Assembly: GCA_964648765.1 (NCBI GenBank)
Contig: CAZYLF010000001.1
Location: forward strand, 79,042-143,041
From: an uncultured Candidatus Saccharibacteria bacterium
Lineage (GTDB): Bacteria > Patescibacteriota > Minisyncoccia > Phycocordibacterales > JACOZG01
Reading direction: 5' to 3'
DNA length: 64,000 nt
The first letter of the stretch is position 1, and every line of letters begins with the position of its first letter. A program made the translations under genes and the position numbers. This document shows positions 38,469-47,661 of this stretch, one piece after another. The notes beneath the pieces are model-generated. The model had not been told where the DNA came from. It made no database searches and was given only the letters and a program-made list of their open reading frames with translations.

Positions 38469-39425
38469 GTGGCCGAAAGTCGGAAAGAACGCCTCAAAGA
38501 TCTAGTTTTGTTGCCATTCTGGGTGCTCTTATTCTTGCTTATTCTAATTATTTATCCATTTTGGCTTTTGTTTACCAGAGTGGTGAACTGGGTGGGATTA
38601 AGCAATTTACGCACAATGAAAGGTGATGTGCAGACTCCGGTGGTTTATTTTCTGAATCAAAACACCAAACGGATGGTGATTCTGGTAGGGGTGGTGCACC
38701 TCGGCGAGAAGTCGTATTACGCGCAAATCCGGGAACTTCTGGCCTCACTCGACGGCTTCACTGTTCTTTATGAATGGATTAAAGCCTTAAGTGATGAGGA
38801 AAAGTCGAAATTAACTGAGAAGTCCGAAAAAATCGTAAAGGAGTTTGAGAGCTATGGTAAATCCTCACGGATGATTTGTGAGATTCTGGGCCTACAGCCG
38901 CAGAAAGAGGGTTTGCCAATTGAAGCAAAGTGGATCAACACTGACGTAAGAGCCTTTGAATTGATCAATTACTTTGTGAATCACAATCTCAATTTCATGA
39001 AAGATATCGGCAAAATTGAGAAACTTCTAGGTGCGGAATCTGACCAAGTGCTTGATAAGTGGCTACTGAATGGGACCTTCAAGCGAATCATTGTTGTTAT
39101 GGTGTTTGCGGGGTTTTATAGTAAACTCACCAGAAAGCGCCGTTTGAAGCATGATTTTTTGATTAACCAGCGGAATGTTGTTGCAGTTGAAGGTATCCGC
39201 GAGCATTTGGCCAAAGGCAATGTGGTGGCAATATGGGGAGCAGGGCATTTGCCGGGGATTGCCAAAATGCTTAAGCAAGATGGCTTCAGTGTGGTGGGCA
39301 AAGAATGGTACACGGCGTATAAAGCAAAAGATTGCTCGTTTTGGGATGTTTTTGCCGATCGTAGTGTGGTGGCGGTGGAGCGTTTGGCGGCAATTTCTGA
39401 TCAGATAACGAGAATAAAAAAGTAA
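38469..39425 (+). CDS. TraB/GumN-like protein with N-terminal TM
   Basis: GVVHLGEKSYY, VLYE, INQRN, WGAGHLPGI. Confidence 0.65.
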   Translation: MAESRKERLKDLVLLPFWVLLFLLILIIYPFWLLFTRVVNWVGLSNLRTMKGDVQTPVVYFLNQNTKRMVILVGVVHLGEKSYYAQIRELLASLDGFTVLYEWIKALSDEEKSKLTEKSEKIVKEFESYGKSSRMICEILGLQPQKEGLPIEAKWINTDVRAFELINYFVNHNLNFMKDIGKIEKLLGAESDQVLDKWLLNGTFKRIIVVMVFAGFYSKLTRKRRLKHDFLINQRNVVAVEGIREHLAKGNVVAIWGAGHLPGIAKMLKQDGFSVVGKEWYTAYKAKDCSFWDVFADRSVVAVERLAAISDQITRIKK

Positions 39426-39484
39426 CACAGTTTGCTTAGGCAAACACCGACCCCCTCCGTAAAAAAGAGGGGGTTTGATTTTAA

Positions 39485-39556
39485 TCGGAGCGCCGGGATT
39501 TGAACCCGGAGTCACACGAACCCGAATCGTGCATGTTACCGTTACACTACGCTCCG
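39485..39556 (-). tRNA. tRNA-Pro(CGG)
   Basis: CGGAGCG acceptor, loop TT-CGG-GT, GTTCAAATC. Confidence 0.93.
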
Positions 39557-39677
39557 TAACTCTTGGGTAATTTAACATAATTAAAATTAATTTGTAGTAA
39601 TCCACCTCATTTGCTAGGGTTAAAATTGGAAAATAACAAGCTCGAAGGCTTGTTTGTGGAAATTAAGGAGGACTGTA

Positions 39678-40292
39678 ATGGCGAAGAAAAAGGTTAGATC
39701 GGGAATTCAGAGGCGGGTCAAAGCATCTGCAAGCAGAAATTTGGTTGATGAAATCAACTCTAAGCTTGAAAGTGTAAGACGTCAGCTTGTGATGGAGATT
39801 ATCCCCGACACCTCTGGGAACGAACACACACTCTTAAATTTGGGGGTAATAGGGGATGGGTGTGTTCAGAATATAAATAAAGGGCACTTCTTTTTTCCAT
39901 TTTTAGGAAATAGATATGTAGCCGCGATGTGCTTTTACGGGAAGGCATCTGCGTATGACGTAAGGGCATATAATTTTAACAACCCCTTTTCCCCTAACCC
40001 TCTTAACGATCTTTTGTCTGGCAATTGGTCTATGCGAGTCGGCGCTCAGCACTTTCTTTCTGAAAATTTTGGATCAAATGGGCGTATGTTTTTGGGAAAC
40101 AAGGCTGTTTTGGATTGGTTCTTTGAGAGAGCGCTTTTACACCCCATGGCTAAGCCATATGAGGTTCTTAAGTTTGCAACTAATGTCTTTAGTGCAGAAA
40201 AGATAGTCGTTTCAGGTTATCAACACTACCTGAGAGAAGTAATCCAACAAAGGCTCGATGGTGTGGGCCAAATAGTAGAGCTTTTGGGTTAG
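39678..40292 (+). CDS. Hypothetical protein, paralog family member 1
   Basis: AAGGAGG SD; QLVMEII, LGVI, FLGNKAVLDWF; terminator at 40315-40343. Confidence 0.7.
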   Translation: MAKKKVRSGIQRRVKASASRNLVDEINSKLESVRRQLVMEIIPDTSGNEHTLLNLGVIGDGCVQNINKGHFFFPFLGNRYVAAMCFYGKASAYDVRAYNFNNPFSPNPLNDLLSGNWSMRVGAQHFLSENFGSNGRMFLGNKAVLDWFFERALLHPMAKPYEVLKFATNVFSAEKIVVSGYQHYLREVIQQRLDGVGQIVELLG

Positions 40293-40415
40293 GTTGATTT
40301 CTAGAAGCTGATCTGGCCCCGTCGCTTGTGACGGGGCCTTTTTCTTGCTAGTTTGAGGTTTGAAAACTCGAGCCAAGGTGGCTTGTTAGGATCTTTGATT
40401 TGAAGGGAGAAAACG

Positions 40416-41180
40416 ATGGCAAAGAAGGTTATGAAGGTGGAGCAGAAGAAAAGCGGCGGTTTGGTTCAGCGTATTAACGAGGTGCTGAAGGATCACAATG
40501 GCCAATTGGCGATGGTGATCAAGCATGAAACTGCTTCGCCCCAGAAAAGTGGCGGGGTAAGAAGAAATTGTGAAGAACCGACCATGGATCTCGATATCGA
40601 GCCGAGGATCAAAACGACGCTTCGTGTTGGGAGGGTATGCAAGGGGTTGCCAGTAGAAAAGCTTAGGGAAGATGGAATTTTTTCCATGCCGGCTTTTGGC
40701 GGTATCGTGGTATGTAAACGTGCTAGCGAAAAAGATCAATTTTCCGTTGAGTTTTTAAAGGGGGAAGGATATTTTTTTATCCCCGCGCAATCGGTAATAC
40801 CGCTTAAGAAGAAGGCCCCTGAGGATGTGTCTGGCGAAGAAATCTTGGATATTCTCAAAAGCCGCGAGCATGGAATGGGTTTGATTGGAGATAAGGCAGT
40901 TATTGAATGGCTCCTTGGTGATTATCTGGATAATCCAGAGTCAAACGCACCTGAGGTACTTGCGCAGGCCATCAAGCACCTTAAGATTGATAAAGAAATT
41001 GGTCTGCCGAATTTTTTTGTGGGACGACACGAAGCGGCAGAAGCAAGGTTTCAACAGGTGGAGGAGGCAATTTACCAGTTGGTGCCGCAAAAGCTTCGCG
41101 AGCTAAGAAGTTCGATCGAGCATGAAAAGAAGCAGTTAGAAACCTTAATCGAATTGTCTACTGAAAGGAGGGGAGGATGA
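40416..41180 (+). CDS. Hypothetical protein, paralog family member 2
   Basis: GQLAMVIK, VGRV, LIGDKAVIEWL. Confidence 0.75.
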   Translation: MAKKVMKVEQKKSGGLVQRINEVLKDHNGQLAMVIKHETASPQKSGGVRRNCEEPTMDLDIEPRIKTTLRVGRVCKGLPVEKLREDGIFSMPAFGGIVVCKRASEKDQFSVEFLKGEGYFFIPAQSVIPLKKKAPEDVSGEEILDILKSREHGMGLIGDKAVIEWLLGDYLDNPESNAPEVLAQAIKHLKIDKEIGLPNFFVGRHEAAEARFQQVEEAIYQLVPQKLRELRSSIEHEKKQLETLIELSTERRGG

Positions 41181-41842
41181 ATCTGAAACCGTGGAAAAAG
41201 AAGGAACCGGAGAATCTTTCTCCGGAAGAGGCGAGGTTTAAGAGGGGATTTGATCGGTTGTTTGGCTTTGGTCTGCCAGAGTATGTGCAGAAATCTCTCG
41301 AGCGCCAAAAATCTTTGGTGATCGCCCATGCTTTGAAGTTGCAGACCACCGACTTTTATTCAGTAGTACCGCTTAGTGACGTAAATTTGCCAACGCAGCT
41401 TAGTTGGCTGGCTGGTAAAAAGGCACCGAGTTTACCTCATTATCGTCGTTGGCCAAAATGTCGATTCGGCAGTTTGCCAGACTTGCCGTGGTTTATTTTT
41501 GGTGTGAAGGTCACTAATTGTTTGGATCACAGCGTGGAGGACGTGGCGCGACACTTAGTAGGCGAAGGGGAGGAGATCCTGACTTTGCCAGAGGTGATTG
41601 CCTTTTTGCTTGAGGTGAAAAAGACGCAAGCCGAAGCCCCAAGTGAGCCTCACCCCATAAAATTGGCGCTCTCCACATTTCATCTTGTTGGTAATATGGA
41701 TGGCAACAATTGGCCACTCATCACTTGTGATAGTGCGGGAGTGGCGCTGGTGTCGAGACAAGATTCTGCGCTTATCTCAACAACCAGACCCAACAATTAT
41801 CTCCTTTCAACTCAAGTCAGAAAGTGTTTTGTTTTGGAATAG
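41177..41842 (+). CDS. Hypothetical protein (possibly DUF5701-like)
   Basis: ATGA coupling, GGAGG SD; LTLPEVIAF; terminator at 41850-41883. Confidence 0.65.
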   Translation: MNLKPWKKKEPENLSPEEARFKRGFDRLFGFGLPEYVQKSLERQKSLVIAHALKLQTTDFYSVVPLSDVNLPTQLSWLAGKKAPSLPHYRRWPKCRFGSLPDLPWFIFGVKVTNCLDHSVEDVARHLVGEGEEILTLPEVIAFLLEVKKTQAEAPSEPHPIKLALSTFHLVGNMDGNNWPLITCDSAGVALVSRQDSALISTTRPNNYLLSTQVRKCFVLE

Positions 41843-41906
41843 TTCACTCGCCCCGCGCCGTAAATGGTGCGGGGCTTTTTTTTATGCTAGATTAACTGGG
41901 CAATAA

Positions 41907-41977
41907 CGGAGCGTAGTATAGCGGTAGTATGCATGCTTTGGGAGCATGTGGCCCGGGTTCGATTCCCGGCGCTCCGA
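41907..41977 (+). tRNA. tRNA-Pro(TGG)
   Basis: CGGAGCG acceptor, loop TT-TGG-GA. Confidence 0.93.
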
Positions 41978-42074
41978 AGATTAGGTTTTCAAATTTGCGT
42001 GAGTTTATTTTTTGGCGTACCATATATCCCAACGTGTTCTTTGGAGGTTGGAGTCAGTTTTTTATGGAGGATTT

Positions 42075-42374
42075 ATGAAAACGGCCCCATGTTTGGCTAG
42101 TGATCTCTCGGTGTATCCAGAGTCGTCGTTGCGCGAGATTGGCCACTGGTTGGACCAATCTATTGGAGCGATGGAAAGTTTAAGTAAATTAAGGAGCACC
42201 ATCCCGTCTTTTTTTGGTTCTGATCGGCGCCTGACGAGCGCTTCCAACGCTTTTGTTTCTAGTGTTGGCGCGTTACTCCTAACTCTTCACGAAATGAAGG
42301 ACCTGCGCTCCAAAATTACTGATGAAATCAGGAAAAAGCGCGAAGTGCGTGAGCCTTCTCTCATTTCTGCATGA
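42075..42374 (+). CDS. Small helical hypothetical protein
   Basis: GGAGG SD; GTTCTTTGGA leader. Confidence 0.55.
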   Translation: MKTAPCLASDLSVYPESSLREIGHWLDQSIGAMESLSKLRSTIPSFFGSDRRLTSASNAFVSSVGALLLTLHEMKDLRSKITDEIRKKREVREPSLISA

Positions 42375-42510
42375 AGAAAAAGCTGGAAAAAACAACTAGC
42401 GCCAGTCCCGCACCGTTGCGGGACTGGCGCACTTTTTTGTCTGTGCTAAAATCAAATCAGTCTGATCTTTGTGAGACAGGCTATTTTATACCAAATAAGG
42501 AGGATGATCG

Positions 42511-42876
42511 ATGGGTCGATCCCGGCGTCGGCGTGGATATGGTGGCAATAACAATGGTCAATCTAATGGGGGAAAGGCAAATAAACCCCAAGCAGCGCCT
42601 ATCCAAACAAGCAACGAACAATCAAAGCAGCCCCCGTCAATTTATTGTGGTATTTGCGGAAAAGCCCACGATAACGGCTTTCCAATTTGGGAGTTGCCAT
42701 GTGGTCGTCGATTTAACATCAGGGTAGAAATTCCAGCCTGCGACTTTTGCTTAGACTCAAAGCATTTCAAAGACTTTCTTGGTCTTCGTGATGCAAATGG
42801 TCCTAAGACTACGTCGGATTACCTCACTCTCCTTGCTCGTTACATAGAATTGTATCAAAAAAGACGTACATCCTAA
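42511..42876 (+). CDS. Putative zinc-binding protein with basic low-complexity N-terminus
   Basis: AAGGAGG SD; CGICGKAH..LPCG..CDFC; terminator at ~42899-42934. Confidence 0.65.
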   Translation: MGRSRRRRGYGGNNNGQSNGGKANKPQAAPIQTSNEQSKQPPSIYCGICGKAHDNGFPIWELPCGRRFNIRVEIPACDFCLDSKHFKDFLGLRDANGPKTTSDYLTLLARYIELYQKRRTS

Positions 42877-42944
42877 GTTTCAAAAAAAGTAATTAAACTT
42901 GCCCTGACCATCATACGGTTGGGGCAACTTTTTATTTTAAATTT

Positions 42945-43015
42945 TCGGGCTGCCGAGAATTGAACTCGGTCTACATGCACCCCATGCATGCGTACTGCCG
43001 GTATACTACAGCCCG
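42945..43015 (-). tRNA. tRNA-Pro(GGG)
   Basis: CGGGCTG acceptor, loop AT-GGG-GT. Confidence 0.93.
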
Positions 43016-43127
43016 TAGCAACAACCATGTATCATACTTCTGATAACGAGGTTTGCAACTTTTTGTGCTTTAGAGTAGTTTTCATTATTAGTGAGGACAA
43101 ATAAGCTTTTTGAAAGGAGGCAAGCGG

Positions 43128-43640
43128 ATGAGCGGAGCACAGGTTGAAAGCCGTTTCAAAGTATTTGAAGAAATTGAAAACGCTTTGGCTGGCAAAATCG
43201 GTGAGCGAGTGCTGGTGGTGAAGAGGGGAATCCATCATCAAAAACGCGCAAGCGATAACACGGTGGTGCACTCGTGGCATGTTGAGGAATGGTTTATAGG
43301 CAGATTGAATGCGAACATTTTACTTACCGAGCCGGACTGTGGAATTATCTTTGTGCCGGTGGAGAAGCACGTGCGGGCAAAATTTCCGTACGGCAATCAG
43401 AAGGTAGTGTGTGATGTTACCACCTCACCTATTCGTCTTAATGTGTTTGATGACGATGGAGCGATTGAAACGGTGATTCCGCCGCGAGAAGCTTTTGATC
43501 TCAGTGTGCGTAATGCGCCGCCACGCTCTGTGCAAGTGGTGATCTCAGACGATCCGATCAGAAGTTTTGTGGCAAACAAGGGTAAAATGGCTGCACACAT
43601 GTATTTTTGTCTCAATGCACAACTTCATCGTAGTGGGTAA
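43128..43640 (+). CDS. Hypothetical protein, paralog family member 3
   Basis: AAAGGAGG SD; LAGKIGERVLVVK, FIGRL, VPVEKHV, VVISDD. Confidence 0.75.
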   Translation: MSGAQVESRFKVFEEIENALAGKIGERVLVVKRGIHHQKRASDNTVVHSWHVEEWFIGRLNANILLTEPDCGIIFVPVEKHVRAKFPYGNQKVVCDVTTSPIRLNVFDDDGAIETVIPPREAFDLSVRNAPPRSVQVVISDDPIRSFVANKGKMAAHMYFCLNAQLHRSG

Positions 43641-43700
43641 GATATCAGTTTTTCTGCCGGGCGCTTCGCGCCCGGCTTTTTTCTTGCTACAATTATATGA

Positions 43701-44123
43701 ATGGTATTTTTTCTCCAAATCTTGATTGCGTTGGTGGCGCTTTGTGGCTTATCAATCGCTCTTTATATTTCTCATAAAAAAGTTCATGGTGGCAAAATGG
43801 TTTGCATGCTTAATTCAGATTGCGAAGTGGTGGTCACAAGTAATTATTCTAAGTTTTTAGGAATCCCCGTTGAGCGTTTAGGTATTGCTTATTACTCTAT
43901 TGTGGCGGCAAGTTATTTGGTTTTTGCTTTCGCACCTCAACTCTCACATAACTTTTATTCAGTAATTTTGCTTTGGGCCACGGTGCTCGCTTTTTTATTT
44001 TCGATTTATCTTACCTACATTCAGATGGCTAAGATTAAACAGTGGTGCACTTGGTGTCTCACCTCAGCAATCATTTGCACCGTAATCTTCCTTGCAGTTC
44101 TTAAATTAATCAGTATATTTTAG
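43701..44123 (+). CDS. Vitamin K epoxide reductase (VKOR) family protein
   Basis: C..C..VVTSNYSKFLGIP; CxxC (WCTWC); four TMs. Confidence 0.9.
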   Translation: MVFFLQILIALVALCGLSIALYISHKKVHGGKMVCMLNSDCEVVVTSNYSKFLGIPVERLGIAYYSIVAASYLVFAFAPQLSHNFYSVILLWATVLAFLFSIYLTYIQMAKIKQWCTWCLTSAIICTVIFLAVLKLISIF

Positions 44124-44163
44124 CTACAGCGGGCTTGCCCGCCGTAGCGTTAGCAAAAGCGGG
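44123..44163. repeat. GC-rich palindromic element abutting tRNA-Gly
   Basis: GCTACAGCGGGCTTGCCCGCCGTAGC; its CCCGC can also pair with the tRNA 5' GCGGG. Confidence 0.45.
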
Positions 44164-44232
44164 ATTAGTTTATCGGTAAAATAACAGTTTTCCAAACTGT
44201 GGTGACCGGTTCGACTCCGGTATCCCGCACCA
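44159..44232 (+). tRNA. tRNA-Gly(TCC)
   Basis: GCGGGAT/ATCCCGC, loop TT-TCC-AA, encoded CCA. Confidence 0.93.
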
Positions 44233-44311
44233 AAAATAAGGATTGCTCAAAATGTAACTTGTGGTAGTTTGTTGTCTGGATTAGAACCTTGTTAATTTAA
44301 GGAGAAAGGCA

Positions 44312-45241
44312 ATGATAACGCTGTCGAATCGTTACACTTTTGATTATCTGATCTCAAGTGGCGCTTGGGGCGATGTGGGTAGGGGTTGGTGGTATGACCA
44401 ACCGTGGTTTGCATTAGGACTTATGAAGCGCAGGCCGTTTGCTGTTGTCACCAAATCAGTTAGCCGTTTCCCCATGAAAGGGAATCGTTCTTTCAAAGAC
44501 TGGTTTGGTGTTGGTTGTGTGCGTTTTATTCCTGATGGTGTGGTTAATGCCGTTGGTCTCACCAATGATGGCTTTCATGTTTGGTTTGATAAGGTGAAGC
44601 GATATGTGAGACCTAATGACTGGCGACTAATTCCATCTTTGTACGGCTCTACTGAGGATTTGGTTTATATGATTGATCGACTCAATCAGTCCGGACTTCC
44701 GTTTGTGGCTCTCCAAATCAATATGTCTTGCCCCAACACTGGCCCAGGTCTTTTGGGTACCGAGGATGCCTTAATCAGGCTCCGTGTACTTAAAGGAACA
44801 AGTTCCTACCCAATTATCGCCAAACTTTCAGTCGCACAAGATTGTGTAGCGATTGTGAAGGGGGGTAAACCGGAAGCGGTGGAACTTAACAGTGTGCCGT
44901 GGAAAATAATGTTCCCTAATGACCGAAGTCCGCTGGAACATATCCCCAACAGTAATGGTGGGGGCGTATCGGGCAAGGTGGCACAAAAATTTACCTGGCC
45001 ACTCATCGAGAGATTGGCGAAGGAGTGTCCGGAAGTGCCGGTGATCGGCGGGAACATCTGGGAGTATTTAGACATCGCTCGCGTGCGATTGATCGGCGCT
45101 AAAGCTGTGAGTTTTGGTTCGGTGCACATTCCTAACCCACGTAAGATTTCAACGTGGTTAAACCCCACAAAACCCACGCGGTGGGTTTTGCAAGATATCC
45201 AAGACATGAATGAATGGGAGGAAGATCTAGATGAAGAGTAG
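44312..45241 (+). CDS. pyrD: Dihydroorotate dehydrogenase (class 1-like)
   Basis: VTKS, NAVGLTNDG, INMSCPN (catalytic Cys), AKLS, GGVSG. Confidence 0.8.
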   Translation: MITLSNRYTFDYLISSGAWGDVGRGWWYDQPWFALGLMKRRPFAVVTKSVSRFPMKGNRSFKDWFGVGCVRFIPDGVVNAVGLTNDGFHVWFDKVKRYVRPNDWRLIPSLYGSTEDLVYMIDRLNQSGLPFVALQINMSCPNTGPGLLGTEDALIRLRVLKGTSSYPIIAKLSVAQDCVAIVKGGKPEAVELNSVPWKIMFPNDRSPLEHIPNSNGGGVSGKVAQKFTWPLIERLAKECPEVPVIGGNIWEYLDIARVRLIGAKAVSFGSVHIPNPRKISTWLNPTKPTRWVLQDIQDMNEWEEDLDEE

Positions 45242-46304
45242 AGGTAGTGAAGTGTCGCAGGTGAAGGTGCAAGCCATTGCCGACACGCATTTGCATTTGC
45301 GTGAAGGTGCTAAGTTGGTAAAGGATTTGATCGCTGCATCCGCTCAAGGTGGCGCTGACTTTGCTATTTTTATGCCCAACACACAAGCTGGGTTGAAAAA
45401 TGGAGTGGAAGCAGAGAGGTATTATAAGGTTGCTCGGAATGCTGATCGAGAAGGTAAACTTGATCTTCGAGCAACTTTTGTGATTACACCAGACACAACC
45501 TTTGAAACATTAAAGAATTGTGTTCAGTGTGGAGTACGTGATGCCAAAGTTTATCCGAGAGGAAGAACCACCAACTCCAGTTATGGGGTGAGTGATTATG
45601 GCGCACTTCTTCCGATCATCAAACGTTGTGGAGAAATGGGGATACGCGTGCACTTCCATCCGGAACATCCGATTGGCCTCGTGCCTAATCGCGATGCGGA
45701 GTATCTTTTTATCCCGATTATGGACATGTTTCTTCGGGAGACTAAAGCTACTCTCATTTGGGAGCATGGCACTGATGGTCGGTGTGTACCATTTTGGGAA
45801 GAGTGGGGTGAGAAAGAAAAAGGTCGTTTTGCCGTGACTCTCACGGCGCACCATTTGCTCACCACTGAAGATGTTGTGTTTGGTGATGTGCGTGGTGTGT
45901 GCAAGCCGCCAATAAAAACAGAAGCAGACCGTTTCCGTCTCATCGATTTGGTGGCAGCTGGTTACTCTTGGGTAATGGCAGGGTCTGATAGTGCGCCGCA
46001 CCCAGTGCATAAGAAAAATGTGCAGCAAGGTCGATGTGCGTGTGGGGCCTTCACTGCTCCCTTTCTCCATTCACTTTATGCTCAGGCGCTTGGTGATATT
46101 CTCTTTGATACTGAAACTGGTATCAATCTCTACAACGCGTTTGTAAGTGAGAACGCGCGCAAGTTCTATGATTGGCCGGCGAGTTCTCGGGAGATCGTCC
46201 TGATAAACGAGCCGTTTACGATCCCCAATTCTTACTTGCTGGGTGGTGAAGAGTACGAACTCTTCATGGCTGGCGAGATGCTTAGGTGGAGTATTGCTAA
46301 GTAG
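45231..46304 (+). CDS. pyrC: Dihydroorotase (E. coli-like type)
   Basis: HLHLREG, MPN, KVYP..TTNS, TAHHL, CKPP, GSDSAPH. Confidence 0.88.
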   Translation: MKSRGSEVSQVKVQAIADTHLHLREGAKLVKDLIAASAQGGADFAIFMPNTQAGLKNGVEAERYYKVARNADREGKLDLRATFVITPDTTFETLKNCVQCGVRDAKVYPRGRTTNSSYGVSDYGALLPIIKRCGEMGIRVHFHPEHPIGLVPNRDAEYLFIPIMDMFLRETKATLIWEHGTDGRCVPFWEEWGEKEKGRFAVTLTAHHLLTTEDVVFGDVRGVCKPPIKTEADRFRLIDLVAAGYSWVMAGSDSAPHPVHKKNVQQGRCACGAFTAPFLHSLYAQALGDILFDTETGINLYNAFVSENARKFYDWPASSREIVLINEPFTIPNSYLLGGEEYELFMAGEMLRWSIAK

Positions 46305-46453
46305 TAAAATTTATTAAGCGTGGTAGCTTGTTAACGCAAGCTACCACGTTTTCTTTATTAATTTGTTTTGCTTGCAAGTTTGGCGTTTACGTATTAAATT
46401 TAATGGCAGAGGTTCTGTGATTAGTACAGTTTTTTTTGGTAAAGGAGCAACGC

Positions 46454-46600
46454 ATGATTTGCCTTCAGAGTGTCTTCGATCTTCCGTGGCTTAATGAGAT
46501 CAATTTTGATCTCGAGATTGACTGGCAGTATGTCTTCAAGGTCATCTTGATTTTGAAAGTCGTCTTCTTGCTCGCGCTCTTTGTCGTCACATTTTTGTGA
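46454..46600 (+). CDS. 48-aa membrane peptide (below the ORF-track cutoff)
   Basis: AAAGGAG SD; MICLQSVFDLPWLNEINFDLEIDWQYVFKVILILKVVFLLALFVVTFL; terminator at 46615-46646. Confidence 0.6.
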   Translation: MICLQSVFDLPWLNEINFDLEIDWQYVFKVILILKVVFLLALFVVTFL

Positions 46601-46753
46601 CGAGCGCCGTTCCTAAACCGTGGAGTTTTCACACTCCACGGTTTTTGTTTACGCTATTTACTTTTTTAATATAATGTGCTAGTAATTTAAGTAGAAATTG
46701 TCGCCTCATTTGAGGCTTTGAAAATCAAAACACTTAATGAAAGGCGGTGGCGT

Positions 46754-47503
46754 ATGATATCAATAGACACGATTCAAAATCTGAGTTGGGGGCGTGGGGA
46801 TTTCAGGGCGAAGTTGGAGTTATTTAGGCGGGCCAGAAAAGAGTTCCGAGACAAAGAATTTGAAATCAAGATGTTTCCAAAGGGCAATACAGAACATCGG
46901 CTCTCGTGGGAATATTCAGCATTGTCGAGTACTTACTATAGCATCTTCACTACGGCCATTGCTCAGCTTTTTTCAATTAAGTCTGATGGGTGGTTGGCGC
47001 CACTTCGCCTTATCCCTTGGCTCCTCACCTGGGGTTGGTTGGGCTTTTGGTGTTGGTGGCGGATGTTACCACTTTCCAATAAAGCCTTAAGGTTAGCTGG
47101 AGGGTACGGTTGCATGGACGCTGATATGTGTGATGTTCGTCAAAGCATTCTTCGGGCTCGTTTGAAATGGGAGAAGGCGCTCAATTGTTGCGGTTATGGT
47201 TTACGGGATGAACAAATTTCCCCTCATACTAAAGCGCTACTTTTGGTGGCGCGGGCAGAAGGGTATTGGAGGTTTAATAAGACCCGAGATGTCGAACATG
47301 ACATTGAGTCGGCACTGAGGCTTGCAGTTGAACTTGAAGAGAGTGAACCCAATCAGATGTCGCGTGTGTATCGTCGGTGTGCTGTATTAGTTGAAAAACT
47401 TAACTTTGATAAGTATGACTGGCAAGCACTTTTGGCTAAGGCTAAAGAGCTAGCCGAGAGAGCGGGCGCTGGTGATCAGACTCTCAAGTGCGCAGTAGTT
47501 TGA
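46754..47503 (+). CDS. Helical/TPR-like hypothetical protein
   Basis: Trp-rich hydrophobic segment plus TPR-like helices; terminator at 47524-47556. Confidence 0.65.
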   Translation: MISIDTIQNLSWGRGDFRAKLELFRRARKEFRDKEFEIKMFPKGNTEHRLSWEYSALSSTYYSIFTTAIAQLFSIKSDGWLAPLRLIPWLLTWGWLGFWCWWRMLPLSNKALRLAGGYGCMDADMCDVRQSILRARLKWEKALNCCGYGLRDEQISPHTKALLLVARAEGYWRFNKTRDVEHDIESALRLAVELEESEPNQMSRVYRRCAVLVEKLNFDKYDWQALLAKAKELAERAGAGDQTLKCAVV

Positions 47504-47661
47504 TTGATAATGGATTCTTTACTCCGCGGAGGCTTTTACGCTTCCGCGGTTTTTTTGTTTCACTAACTTGTTTTATTGGGCTATTTAAGATAGTTTGAAA
47601 GTTGGTTAGGTATTTTGAAAAAAGAACATTTTCTCCCGAAGGGAGAGAGGGGTGGTAAAAG

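Noticed and set aside
42371-42727. 118-aa ORF from the track
   Set aside because: No SD, and it overlaps 42511-42876, which has a strong SD, CxxC motifs and a terminator.
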